50,649 nt of DNA from Octopus bimaculoides (GCF_001194135.2 NC_068982.1:28670583-28721231); one strand, 5' to 3'. Counted from the first letter of the stretch, positions 1-11,930 are shown. Numbers and translations: made by a program. Notes: generated by a model not told the origin, from the letters alone.

Positions 1-48
1 CAGTTCCTGCAGAATTTGAACTCATAACGTAAACCTGGAAGAAATGCT

Positions 49-272
49 TATTTCTTTACTGCCCACAAGGGGGCTAAACATAGAGAGGACAAACAGGGAC
101 AGACAAACGGATTACATCGACTCCAGTGCGTAACTGGTACTTATTTAATCGACCCCAAAAGGATGAAAGGCAAAGTCGACCTCGACGCATTTGAACTCAG
201 AACGTAGCGGCAGACGAAATATCGCTAAGCATTTCGCCTGGCGTGCTAACGTTTCTGCCAGCTCGCCGCCTT
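49..272 (-). mobile_element. tRNA-derived SINE, family A, young copy nested in an older family A copy (older halves at 1-48 and 273-310)
   Basis: On the minus strand it starts AAGGCGGCGAGCTGGCAGAAACGTTAGCACGCC (A-box-like) and has GAGTTCAAAT (B-box-like). Body matches the copies at 4142, 6391, 14243 and 30185. Confidence 0.9.
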
Positions 273-413
273 TTGTCCGGCGCGGTAACGATTCTGCTAG
301 TTGGCCGCCTTATTAAGCATAGATACCTCTTGAATGCATACAAGCACCACCATATGAACTCAGAACGATATATTCAACGTGATATAGTGGAATAAAAGCG
401 TATACATATACAA

Positions 414-604
414 CTAGGCCGGAAATTTGGGGTAAGAGTGTTACTTAATTACATCGACCTCTATACTTAAGTGGTATTTATTTCATCGACCTCAAAAAAT
501 GAAAGACAAAATCGGTTGCCGCGGGTTTTGAAATCAGAACGTAAAGCCAATAATACTATGAATATTCTGTCTGAGCGATAGAAGAATCTGCCAACTTGAC
601 GCCT
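414..604 (-). mobile_element. SINE family A, diverged copy
   Basis: Collinear, degenerate match to family A (catcgacc...tttgaaatcagaacgtaaa...gaatctgccaacttgacgcct). Confidence 0.7.
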
Positions 605-1281
605 TTATGTTGATCTAATAATGAATATTATGGTATTTCATGTCATAATGTAATCTAATGACCTTGATGGACGAATAACTATATCAACATGTGTTCTATT
701 CGCACTACATATGTTGCAACAATGTAAATACAGCAGTTTCCTTACTTAAAAATGATCTGTAACTTTTAATTGTTGGGATGTTGAAGAATGCACTAATATT
801 GTAGGGGCCGGAAGGAAACAACTTGAATGCATAGAAAACTATTAGCAGTAAGGAGACGTTTTACATAATTTTAGACGATGTAATCTTTACAATGCTCTTT
901 GTAGACAATTGTAGGGTTAATCTATTTCCTATTAACATCATTCTTTGAATTAAAATTTTTTTCATGCTATGTGTGACTTTGTAGATGTTTCTTTTTTGTT
1001 TTACATTGTTCTCATCACTATCATCAACTTCGCTATCACCGGGATTATAATTGCGGATGCCGCTATTTATTATTTTATATTAATAATCTGTCTTTAAATC
1101 TGAGAGAATATTACAAGAAGACATATTTCTGCTGAATATTTTCGTGCAAATTTTAAGAGCACAACAGATGTATTTAAACTGAAGCTTATAGAGAAATTTT
1201 TCATTCTTGTACTTTAATATTTTTCTGTTGGCGTCACGGAAATACACATATATATTTATACACAAAATAAGTATATGGAGC

Positions 1282-1283
<2 letters not shown>

Positions 1284-1324
<41 letters not shown>
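1284..1324. repeat. (TA)n microsatellite
   Basis: Direct reading. Confidence 0.98.
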
Positions 1325-1328
<4 letters not shown>

Positions 1329-2002
1329 TAGTTTCAGTGCTGGAGATATTTGATGGTACACCATCAAATCTGCAGTCATAAATATGTTTGCATACATGCT
1401 TAATACTCTGGGTGTTTGTGTAAGTTGTGTGTAGGTGAATGAGACGATGTATCTGTTCTTCTCTCTCTCTTTGCACTAAATTAATTAACAAACTTAGATT
1501 TACATTTAAAGGCACTGTTAGCTACGTGAAGGTATATTTTCAGTTCCATTTGTTACATAGTGGAAATGCTCAACATTTGAATGTGAAGAGAAAGATTACC
1601 TTTTCAAGGCTGAACCATTTTCTCGTTCTGAAGAAGAAAGATAATCATTGCTATTTTTTAAATGTTAGGAACACTAGTGATTATATAATCCAGTGCTGGT
1701 AGTTCAATTAAATGTAGAGAAGAGGAAGGCTAAAATAGTAACATGGATGTATGTATTATATGATAATGTCACTATGGTGCTACAAAGAACACTGTTATTA
1801 ATTCCCACTGGGGAACGTTTAAAATGGCTGTTTTCTTAAGTGCAGTGCAAGTTTGACGGGAGGTGCCTTGGCTGTGTGCAGATGACATATGCACGAGCAA
1901 GAATACAGGGAATTGGAAAGAAGTACCTCGTTTATAGAGTGAGTGGTATAGTGGGAATGAACGTTAGATCCGACAGTGTTACCAGAAAGTGTGTGTTCCA
2001 GC

Positions 2003-2050
2003 ATGGCCACAACATTAGGACTGAAACGTATAAAAAATAAAAGAATAAAG
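2003..2050 (+). mobile_element. 3' tail fragment of SINE family B inserted in the LINE relic
   Basis: gttccagcatggccac...actgaaacgtataaaaaataaaagaataaa matches the tail at about 48942-48995. Confidence 0.65.
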
Positions 2051-2501
2051 AGACACTTGCTGCTTATTGATGATGTGGTTTGGTTCCATAGTATGTATCT
2101 GATATAAGAGACGAATGAGAAAAGAAATCTATAGGCGGGAATCTATTGATAGGAAGCTTCGTAAGCGTATTGTTGGTAAAATTCTTTGTTGGTAACAATT
2201 GCATTCAAATCTTTTTTATAAATTTATCAAGAAGAGGGAACACTGGCAACTTACGTAGGAGAGCAAGAACATAATTGATAGGGATATTTGAAGCCCTACA
2301 AATTCTCACTGAATAGGGAAGGGTCTTAAGGTGTTAAGAATACTGATTGCTAGCAACTCTTTCCATGACCTTGGAGATATTGAATATGAGAGCGTTATGT
2401 CGATAATTGATAGAGCTAGAAAGGTTATCCTTGTTAAGTTGGGAGTGAAACATACTATAGTACATATCCAAAGATCGGGTTAACGATGCTGGCGAAAACA
2501 A

Positions 2502-2508
<7 letters not shown>

Positions 2509-2545
<37 letters not shown>

Positions 2546-2560
2546 GAAGANNNNNNNNNN

Positions 2561-2611
<51 letters not shown>

Positions 2612-2639
2612 GAAGAGAGAGAAAGAAAGAGAGAGGGAA
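2509..2639. repeat. (GA)n microsatellite containing a 10-N gap, inside the LINE RT relic
   Basis: Direct reading. Confidence 0.97.
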
Positions 2640-3542
2640 AGGTTCTGCCAAGATAGAGAATAGCTTCGGAGCAAGCTTTTGGAGACATTTTAAAGATCAG
2701 TGGCTTTTTTTGGTATGAAGCGACCAAAAGTGTTTTCATACTTGTCGTATGTACAAGCATGGTCGAGAGATTGAACGTTTCTATGAGTAGTTGGATACGA
2801 ATCGGGTACAAGGAAATGTAAAATTTTATCTTGGTGAAAATGTGGTGGGTAGGGGAATACGGTAAATTTGGTAGTGATCCATTTGGAAAACGTCCAAAAA
2901 GTCCTCTTACAATTTGGGAGGTGAAAGAACTTGCAGGCTGCGCCAGAAAGAGGAATTCTTCGCATTTCGGATGGTGGTAATTCTTCATAAGTTGCGTTGG
3001 TAGTGGGCAAAGACCATTATGTTGATGGAGATTTGCAATTTTTTTCCCGTCGTTGTTGGCAGTGTTCTTCGTTTGTATTGCTATCATGCAGCGTGTAGTG
3101 ACTTCGTTAGCTATAGCTTCCTTGGCTATAATTTGTTATTCTTCCTTTTAATAGTCAAAATATTAATAAGCTTCATCACATTAAAAGCAGAGGATATTTT
3201 TTTCCGAAATGACTCAGTTTCTGGTGGTAGTGTTGGTGATGGGGTTGGTAATGGTAGTTGGGGTGGTGTTATATGATTAATACGAAGGCTCTTCAGCTAC
3301 TTGAAGGGATTCTCACTTTTAGCACTTCTCTACAAGCCTTGTTTGTCCCAAAATTTCTCTGTCGACCCTCTTCTCTCTTCCTTAGAAGACTAAACTTCTA
3401 TACATACTCAAATTTGCTTCGTGAATCGTAGAAATAACTGAATTTTAACATATGAAGCCTAATAGTGCAAGAATCTCAAATCTGTAAGTCCCAATGGAAC
3501 CAAACCAACAGAAGTAGAACTGGTAGAGACAAATTATATATA

Positions 3543-3595
<53 letters not shown>

Positions 3596-3641
3596 GTATG
3601 TTGGTGCAAAGCAGGAAAAATACAACTCAAAATATGAGTAT

Positions 3642-4088
3642 ATGCATGTGATTCCTCTTCACTTTTTTCCACAGGGTCTTAGAATTAATGCTACTGGATA
3701 CATTGAGGTACTGGAAAATTTTATCAAGCTGTGGATTGATGAAGTATGCAATGAAAGACCATATATGTTTCAACAAGACTCAGCACCTTCTCACAAAGCC
3801 CTAGGCAACCAAGAATGGTTGTCAGACAATCATTACGATTATGTAACACCCAATATGTGGCCGCCAAACTGGCTAGATTTTCATCTCATGGACGACTACG
3901 TGTGGAACGCTGTTGAAAGGGAGACTAACCGTCATCCTCATAATACCATAGGTTCACTGAAGGCCGCCATTGTCCAGGTGATGTTCGAAATGAATAAGGA
4001 CCATATAGTGTTCGCGTGCCAGCGGTTTCGGTCCTGCATTGAAACAGTCATCAAAGCTAAACGCGGTTTCACGGAAGAATTGGCATAA
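3642..4088 (+). pseudogene. 5'-truncated Tc1/mariner transposase, maT (DD37D) type; C-terminal catalytic half in one open frame
   Basis: FQQDSAPSH...WPPNWLDFHLMD-DYVW has exactly 37 residues between the second and third catalytic Asp (counted). C-terminal CQRFRSCIETVIKAKRGF is typical of DDE_3 transposases. The DNA-binding region and first Asp are absent. Confidence 0.9.
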
Positions 4089-4141
4089 AAAACCATTATC
4101 AAGACTAATTGAACAAATGTTTATTCAAATACATATTTATT

Positions 4142-4346
4142 CTTTTCTGCACTAGGCACAAAGCCAGAAAATTTGGTGGAGAGACCAGTCGATTAGATCG
4201 ACCCCAGTACGCGACTCCTACTTAATTTATCGATCTGGAAAGGCAAACTTGACCTCGGCGGAATTTGAACTCAGGACGTAAAGACAGACGAAATACTGCT
4301 AAGCATTTCGGCCGCCGCGCTAACGTTTCTGCTTGCTCGCCGCCTT
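4142..4346 (-). mobile_element. SINE family A with perfect 15-bp TSD, just 3' of the maT ORF
   Basis: AAATACATATTTATT at 4127-4141 and 4347-4361; full family A body between. Confidence 0.95.
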
Positions 4347-4414
4347 AAATACATATTTATTTATGCTGAAATATAGTTGTTTTATTGTATACCAAAACTG
4401 TCCTCAAATACACC

Positions 4415-4456
4415 TCGCATGAATGATCATATGTGGTCTTCAACGGGAGAGTCCAT
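4415..4456 (+). mobile_element. 3' tail fragment of SINE family E (or its partner LINE)
   Basis: gaatgatcatatgtggtcttcaacgggagagtccat matches the reverse complement of about 48312-48345. Confidence 0.6.
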
Positions 4457-4473
4457 ATATATATATATATATA

Positions 4474-5229
4474 NNNNNNNNNNNNNNNNNNNNNNNNNNN
4501 NNNNNNNNNNNNNNNNNNNNNNNNNNNNNNNNNNNNNNNNNNNNNNNNNNNNNNNNNNNNNNNNNNNNNNNNNNNNNNNNNNNNNNNNNNNNNNNNNNNN
4601 NNNNNNNNNNNNNNNNNNNNNNNNNNNNNNNNNNNNNNNNNNNNNNNNNNNNNNNNNNNNNNNNNNNNNNNNNNNNNNNNNNNNNNNNNNNNNNNNNNNN
4701 NNNNNNNNNNNNNNNNNNNNNNNNNNNNNNNNNNNNNNNNNNNNNNNNNNNNNNNNNNNNNNNNNNNNNNNNNNNNNNNNNNNNNNNNNNNNNNNNNNNN
4801 NNNNNNNNNNNNNNNNNNNNNNNNNNNNNNNNNNNNNNNNNNNNNNNNNNNNNNNNNNNNNNNNNNNNNNNNNNNNNNNNNNNNNNNNNNNNNNNNNNNN
4901 NNNNNNNNNNNNNNNNNNNNNNNNNNNNNNNNNNNNNNNNNNNNNNNNNNNNNNNNNNNNNNNNNNNNNNNNNNNNNNNNNNNNNNNNNNNNNNNNNNNN
5001 NNNNNNNNNNNNNNNNNNNNNNNNNNNNNNNNNNNNNNNNNNNNNNNNNNNNNNNNNNNNNNNNNNNNNNNNNNNNNNNNNNNNNNNNNNNNNNNNNNNN
5101 NNNNNNNNNNNNNNNNNNNNNNNNNNNNNNNNNNNNNNNNNNNNNNNNNNNNNNNNNNNNNNNNNNNNNNNNNNNNNNNNNNNNNNNNNNNNNNNNNNNN
5201 NNNNNNNNNNNNNNNNNNNNNNNNNNNNN
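4474..5229. other. Assembly gap preceded by (TA)n
   Basis: Run of N. Confidence 1.
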
Positions 5230-5301
5230 AGCATATTACTCTACCTCTGGTATTTGAGTACTCTTTTTTCCACCTTGTTGCACATTTCATGTGCTTACTC
5301 C

Positions 5302-5343
<42 letters not shown>

Positions 5344-5351
5344 CATACATA

Positions 5352-5416
<65 letters not shown>

Positions 5417-5420
5417 ATAT

Positions 5421-5796
5421 CTTTTATTGTTTTGCTTCCTTCAGTAATTAGACTGCGGCCACGCTGGGTCATAACCTGGGAGGATATTTAGTTGAATGAA
5501 TCGACCCCAGTATTTATGTGTTGTTAAACCTGGCACTTATTTTATCTTCTCTTTTACCGTACTTCTAAGTTAAGGGGACGTAAACACACCAACACCTGTT
5601 GTCTAGCGGTGATGGATGAGAAACACAAACACATAGATAGATAGATAGAGACACAGTTTCCGTCTACCAAATCCATCCATAAGTCTTTGGTCGGACCGAC
5701 GCTATAGTAGAAGATGCTTGCCCAAGGTGCCATACAGTGGAACTGAACCCGGAACTATGTGTTTAAGAAGTAAGCTTCTTACGATATAGCCACGCC
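5421..5796 (-). mobile_element. tRNA-derived SINE family B, near full length, with internal microsatellite
   Basis: Minus-strand head GGCGTGGCT...GGTTCAGTTCCAC, CCTTGGGCAAG core-like motif, GGATTTGGTAGACGGAAAC block, internal (GATA)/(CA) tract, then the B-type tail. Confidence 0.85.
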
Positions 5797-6390
5797 GAAT
5801 AAAACTAAATGAATACCTCATTTATTAATCATAAAACCTGCCATCAAAAGCGCCATAAAAAGCACCATAAACTTTTGCATTTCAATAAGGAGAAAAATAG
5901 TAAGTTTTAATGTTTATGCCTTTCAGACAACCATAATGGCGTAAATGAAGAATAATTGTTAATGTCCTTTTGAATAGTGATACGTCTTGCGCTGTTTTTC
6001 TGAAGTGTTGTTTTTCTGAATTTTGTATAAGTGTGAAGGTAGACGGCTGAATGAATTCTGAAATATTACTGTCATTTTATTAATTTTGGCGAGATTCAAA
6101 GTGAAATTAATTCCGTTATGAATTGAATATAGATCGTATAAAGTCTCTAAACAGTATTTGCATTTTGTCTGACACCAATTTCTTTAGGCTTATTAACGTC
6201 TAAATAATTATCAGTGTTAACTTCTGTGAAAGTGGCGGACTAAAAGTATTACATTTCACATTATCCCTTTCTTTTCCCCAGTTCAAATCTCGCTTTAGTC
6301 ATTAATGCCTAAATCATTTATATCTTCAGTTATTCCAGGATCAATTCAATAATTTTTAAAAATCAGTTCAATTTATTTCAATCAAATATT

Positions 6391-6600
6391 CTTTTCTACT
6401 ATAGGCACAAGGCCCAAAATTTTGGAGCAGGGGCCACTCAATTAGATCGACCTCAGTACGCAACTGGTACTTAATATATCGACCCCGAAAGGATGAAAGC
6501 AAAGTCGACCTCGGTGGAATTTGAACTCAGAACGTAAAGACAGACGAAATACCGCTAAGCATTTCGCCCGGCGTGCTAACGTTTCTGCCAGCTCAGCGCC
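6391..6600 (-). mobile_element. SINE family A with TSD
   Basis: Near-consensus body; ATCAAATATT at 6381-6390 and 6611-6620. Confidence 0.93.
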
Positions 6601-6700
6601 CTTTTTTTCTATCAAATATTGATCTTGGTTTGATAGTAACTTTGATCAATCGAATCTTAGACATGCTTTGATATGAACTTCTGATTACTTATCAATCCTA

Positions 6701-7029
6701 TGGCTCAGTGATTTGAGCGTCGGGTTCACAATCGTAAGATAGTGAGTTCAATTCCGGGATGGGGCGGCATGTTGTTTTCTAGAGCAAGATACTTTATTCT
6801 TCACGTTGCTCCACTTCACTCAGTAATAGAAAGGAGTTGTGACGTCACTGGCGCCTAACTGCATCGGCGTTTGCCTTTCTCTCGGATAACATCAGTGGCA
6901 TGGAGAGGGTAGGCTGGTATGCATGGGTGACAGCTAGTCTTTCATAAGCAACTTTGCTTGGTCCTGTGCCTCGGAGGGGAACTTTCTAGGCGCAATCCCA
7001 TGGCCATTCATGACGGAAAGCGGTCTTTA
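6701..7029 (+). mobile_element. tRNA-derived SINE family C
   Basis: TGGCTCAGTG (A-box-like), GAGTTCAATTCC (B-box-like), then GAGCAAGATACTTTATT...CACTCAG core shared with the 11620 and 22388 copies; distinct tail. Confidence 0.8.
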
Positions 7030-7378
7030 TCCAAATATATATTGATTAATTTTGTGTAATTAGGAACATTTTATTATCTTCTGAGAATAAAATATATATG
7101 TGTGTGTGCGTGTTGTGTGTGTTTGGGCATGTATTTATATATAAGCCATTCCATGGACACTCAGCTTCTGAAGAGGTCGCTAAAGCACCGTTGTGACATA
7201 CGGCGTCTTGGTCATAATTGTTTTATTTCTTAGATCTGACAAAACCCATACCCCTCCAGTAAAAAAGAAAAAGAGAAAGAAAGAGTGAAAGAAAATTCAA
7301 CTCTAGTATAAACTCTAACCCAACTCTAAATCTATAAAGAATCTTGAAAGAATGAAAGGAAAATTTAGTCTCAATAGT

Positions 7379-7440
7379 ATTTGAACTCAGAAACCAGAGG
7401 ACTAGAAGGAATACCGCAAAGCATTCTAGCCGACGTGATG
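7379..7440 (-). mobile_element. SINE family A fragment
   Basis: atttgaactcagaa...aataccgcaaagcatt. Confidence 0.6.
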
Positions 7441-7597
7441 ATATGTGACTGAATATATGCATACTTAAGTGTGTACGTGTGTGTATATGCGCGTAAGAGT
7501 GTAGTTATAAGCGCATGTATAGCAATGGAAATATGAAAGACATACGAATAATCGTTGAACGAATTAAAGAATTTCATATATTAAACGTTATAATGTA

Positions 7598-7693
7598 CAC
7601 TTTTCATTCTTTTGATACTTCGTAACTATAAGTAAGATATCAGTTTTCACTTTTTCATTCATTTGATACTTCGTGGCTATAACTAAGAGATCA
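7598..7693. repeat. Imperfect 50-bp tandem duplication
   Basis: cacttttcattc..tttgatacttcgt..ctataa.taaga.atca begins at 7598 and again at 7648. Confidence 0.8.
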
Positions 7694-8481
7694 ATGTGTT
7701 TGAATTTGTAGAAAAAAATAATAACTAGACCGCTTTTTTTATTAATCCCTTCGGATGACAAAAATGAAATATAATATTTATAAATAGTTAACGTGAATGC
7801 CAGATTAAACATACTAAATTTATAACATTTTTTAAAACATTTTTCTGCATAAAGTTTGACAATATTCAAACTTAGCCCGATTACGCAATATTTGCACTTT
7901 TCTTTTGTTCCTAATGGAGTCACTTTTGGAAAACGTATGTTCCAAAATAAAATACTTGGTCGTTTGCACTCTAGAGTTCGCGCAACGTACTGCAGAGTTC
8001 TCTCTCACATAGAAGACTTATGTTATGCTTATTTTCATTGTGTAATGCGAAGGGTTGCAGCTCTCATATCATCACAATAATATCGAGCAAATGAGGGAAC
8101 CTTCACGCAATCGTTCGGCCTGCTATAGTTATCAGCCACATATCCCTAAAATCTTCCTCAAAAGGTAGTGCTATACAAACGATAAAATGGTTAGGACCGG
8201 CCGGAACGCTTTTTACGATAAATATAATCTATTAGAGTTAATCTGGGAGCTAACATCACACATTCAATCATGTTGTTACCACATTTTGTAGTATTTTGCA
8301 GTTTGTTCACGAATAGTCTCATAAGGCAACTGAATGCATTTCCTTTTGTTTCATATTGTAATAATTTTTCAACTTGCTGACTTATGTTATGGCTGCAAAA
8401 AAAAAAAAGAAAAACATAACCAACGCCATATTAAGTTTGCATGATAAACAATACTTATTTCATAACTTGTGCTTATATATA

Positions 8482-8563
<82 letters not shown>

Positions 8564-8564
8564 T

Positions 8565-8599
<35 letters not shown>

Positions 8600-8719
8600 A
8601 TATATATACAAACACAAAAATATATGTATATGCGTGTATATGTGTGTGTGTGTGTGGTGTGGTGTGTATTTGTGTATGTGTGTATGTGTGTGTTTGTGTG
8701 TGTTTGTGTGTGTGTGTGT
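8482..8719. repeat. Compound microsatellite (ATCT)n-(GTCT)n-(CT)n-(TG)n
   Basis: Direct reading. Confidence 0.95.
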
Positions 8720-8935
8720 AAGATTCTCTTGCAGAAATATTTCTGTGTGTCTAATTAGTTGTGATATCATGATTAGAGAGTGCAGCAGACTTTTTCGTTT
8801 TCGTTTTTCCTTTTTTCCTTTACCAAAACTCTCTTGTGGAATTTCAGATATTTACGATCTACGCCTAGAAGTATAAAATCTCACCATAATGTTAATTATT
8901 TAAAATTTTATTCGAGTTGTAAAGAAAGGAATGCA

Positions 8936-8937
<2 letters not shown>

Positions 8938-8996
<59 letters not shown>
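8938..8996. repeat. (TA)n microsatellite
   Basis: Direct reading. Confidence 0.98.
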
Positions 8997-8998
<2 letters not shown>

Positions 8999-9334
8999 TA
9001 TATGTGTATATGTATATATAATATATTAAATGGTCTAGAGAATAGCAGCATCTGCTGACACTTTTTCTGGGTTAGAAGCAACCAAACTAGGGCAATAATG
9101 GATTCCAAGCAACACTAAAAACAGTGGTTTTGGTGCAAACGTCAGCAATAGAAACTGAATACTTCACTTCAATCTTCTTTGTTGTATCTTGCTGAAAGGT
9201 GGGGCTTTTAAGTAATGAGAAACGAGACCAGTAAGTGTATACAATAGTTTATAACCAACCCAAGAATTTACTGAAATGATTAGAGGAGCTCTTCTGGCAA
9301 CAACATATTCTGACATTTTATAATACTTTCTATT

Positions 9335-9530
9335 ATTGTCAGGAGGCCTGAAATTTTGTGGGAAGGACTCGTCAATTATATCGATTATATCAATCCTAGT
9401 GCTCAACTGATATATATTTTATCGCCCCTGAAATTATACAAGGCTATGTCAACTCAGAATCTAAGGAAGGTCGTTATGTCACAATCATTATCTCTGGCGT
9501 GCTAACGATTCGGTCAGCTCACCACCTTTC
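9335..9530 (-). mobile_element. SINE family A, old diverged copy
   Basis: ggcctgaaattttgtggg...ggcgtgctaacgattcggtcagctcaccacct is collinear with family A. Confidence 0.65.
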
Positions 9531-9749
9531 ACTTTTATAATTGCTTTTGATTTTAATAATTCATTCCATGGGTAAGCTTATATTGTTATATAATTTTTTA
9601 CTCTCAGTGCAGTAGCAGTAAAGAGTACTCAATCAAATTATTGATACTTCAAATTCATACGGATGACTAATTGAAAGCAGAAAAATAGGCAGCAGTTTTA
9701 GTGACATATCTTTTTTTGTTATACTCAGGGTTCTGAATTTCCCAACACC

Positions 9750-10118
9750 CACCCTACCTCAGGGTGCAATCGTCATGAAAGGTAATACTGTATACGTAAG
9801 AGTAGCCGTTATTGTTAGTAGTATAAAAGAGAGAGGGGGCAAAAATCGAGCTTTGGAATAACCCAGATGCTGAAATAATGTGGAAGAGAAATATTAAAAT
9901 ACTGAGATAGTGCGGTCTAATAGGATTCTTCTCTCCCATAGAAATGAGACAGATGGCACCCGTGCATCGGTAGTTCCGATGGAAGACATGTTCGAAAGTT
10001 TTGCTGGTGTTAATGATGACAGCAATGCTTCTCCCGAGTTTCTCTAATGCAAAAACCCACTCGTATGTGACATACGAAAGACGAACACTCGTGGTCTGGT
10101 TGTAGAGAAGCCATCCTT

Positions 10119-10208
<90 letters not shown>

Positions 10209-10642
10209 GGAGAGAGAGAGAAATTGAGGCTGCTGGAGAATGTCGTTGGTAATGGTTTTCTCCATTACATTTAAGACATTACAAGTAAGTAACTACAACA
10301 GGACGATATTTGGTAGGCACGTAGATGCATCACTTCTTAAGAATCAGGAACATAAAAAGCATCACAACCAAGATAAATTTATATCCATGCAGAGAGCGAA
10401 AGATGTAAGAACATGGAGGTTAAAGGGACTAACTCGGAGGCGCAATAGTAGAACGTGCCACTGTCAGAGCCGTTGACCTTGTTCATTTGAAGCGACTGGA
10501 GGTACTTCCACACTTAAGGCTTATATATGCTGTGCTGTGAACCTGGTGGAGTGGAAAGTGATTTATCAGTATCATCGTTGCTGAGAAGTGGAGGAAAATA
10601 AAATTCTACTAGCTGTTGGAGGTTCTTGTGTTCCTTTTTTTG

Positions 10643-10690
<48 letters not shown>

Positions 10691-10960
10691 ACATGCCGCG
10701 AACGTGCTTTACTTCAAAAGTACGCCGAAGGTGTACTGAAGGTCATTGTGCCCAAATTCTTGGATACTAGGAACATGGAACAGCGACAATAACCATAGCA
10801 ACAAGAACAAAAAAAACAACAACGACAACACAAAGTAAACAACAAAAAACCCATCATGTGTCTTGTCTGAGAGATATTTTCGAATGCGGCTAAAACGGAA
10901 TAACAGTAATATTTCTTGCGATACATATGGCAGGATATTGCGAATGGAAGCAATTGGCTT
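9750..10960 (-). mobile_element. Degenerate CR1/Jockey-like LINE RT relic, same family as 1860-3090
   Basis: Minus strand: VWKYLQSLQMNKVNGSDSG..YCASELVP (~KA.GPD...CASELAP), [36 protein letters not shown] (~LDISKAFDRVWH), SGLFQSSIFAPSLF (~GVPQGS..GPTLF), FHDDCTL (~YADDSTL). Interrupted by (GA)n and (CA)n. Confidence 0.8.
10119..10221. repeat. (GA)n microsatellite within LINE RT relic
   Basis: Direct reading. Confidence 0.98.
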
Positions 10961-11254
10961 CAAAGAATTCCTGTATGACACACTGATACTTCTGTAGATG
11001 TAATTAAATATAGTGTAAATGTAGTTAAATACACTACAGAGTTTCATGCAACCCATTCCTCTACTTCTTTATCTTGTCTTAATCGGAACGAGCAGGAAGC
11101 ATTAGAATGGAATGGGTTTGAAATTTCAGTTAAGTACGAGTTTTGAAACTAATAATAGAAAGTAACTGAGATCATAAGGACCGTTTTAATTTTACAGACC
11201 TTTATAGAAACCAGTACCGACATTTGGTATCATATATGTATGGATGAATGGATC

Positions 11255-11505
11255 AATGGTTGAATGGTTGAATGGTTGGATGAATATATATACATACATG
11301 CACAGACACACACACACACACGCACACACACACACGCACATACACACATGCACACATACACACACACGCACACACATATATACATGCATTTATATATATA
11401 CATGCATTTATATATATATATATAAACATGTATATATAAATATATACATGCACATATATATATATACATATGCATATATATGTATACATATATGTATACA
11501 TATAT
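11255..11505. repeat. Compound microsatellite (GAATG-like, CA, TA, TACA)
   Basis: Direct reading. Confidence 0.9.
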
Positions 11506-11619
11506 TTTGAAATAATTTTGTGATAAAGGACTTTTGTTGGAAGCTATATCTCGACGACAAGGAGCAAATTCATAAAAGAAAAACTATATATAGACGTTTA
11601 AAATATTGTACAATATTAA

Positions 11620-11930
11620 GGCGCTTGGCTTAACGGTTAGGGTATTCCGTTCAAGTTCATAAGGTCATGGGTTCAATTCCCGGCGGCGCTTTGTATTCTT
11701 GAACAAAATTTTATTTTTTACGCTGTCTAGTCCACTCAGCTGGCAAAAATGAGTAGCTCCTACATTTCAAAGGGCCACCTTGTCTGATTCTGTATCAAGC
11801 TGAATCTCCTTAAGAACTACATTAAGGTTTTTGTGGAATTTTCAGTCACTTACTCGTTAATTTTACGAGCAGGCTGTCCCGTTGATCGGATCAACTGGAA
11901 CCCTCGTTGTCGTAACCGACAGAATGTCAA
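11620..11930 (+). mobile_element. tRNA-derived SINE family D (C-type head and core, tail shared with 26917-27292)
   Basis: GGCTTAACGGTTAGG (A-box-like), GGGTTCAATTCCC (B-box-like), CACTCAGCTGGCAAAAATGAGT core; 3' block 41/42 identical to 27237-27278. Confidence 0.85.

Larger units (their letters stand above)
1860..3090 (-). mobile_element. Degenerate non-LTR retrotransposon (CR1/Jockey-like) ORF2 relic covering the pre-RT linker and RT
   Basis: Minus-strand pieces occur in canonical order: CKRTFWTFSKW (~SRDFW), PKKATD/FKMSPKACSEAIL (~KATGPD..LK.C.PEL), SSINYRHNALIFNISKVMERV (~NYRPISLL..ISKVME), LTKLPINRFPP (~LSKLPSYGFPP), GSNVHSHYTTHSINEVLLSNSLYSCSCICHLH (~GS.L.PTLFL..INDLL...YADDSTLH). Many stops and frameshifts. 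Confidence 0.75.

Noticed and set aside
1080-1702. ORFs with [18 protein letters not shown] or CVCVCV runs, here and throughout
   Set aside because: Dinucleotide and tetranucleotide repeat translations with no protein-family signal.
3591-4410. Possible TIR pair for the maT element (tacaggtatg vs aaatacacctcg)
   Set aside because: Similarity is too weak to call.
4377-5451. Long ORFs of 264-356 aa in the track, and similar ones at 17541-17945, 42198-42692 and 46709-47493
   Set aside because: Made almost entirely of X from N gaps plus microsatellite dipeptides.
6701-6770. tRNA-like sequences at SINE heads (also 11620, 22388, 26917, 48600)
   Set aside because: They have A/B-box-like motifs but no complete cloverleaf and run into SINE bodies; not tRNA genes.
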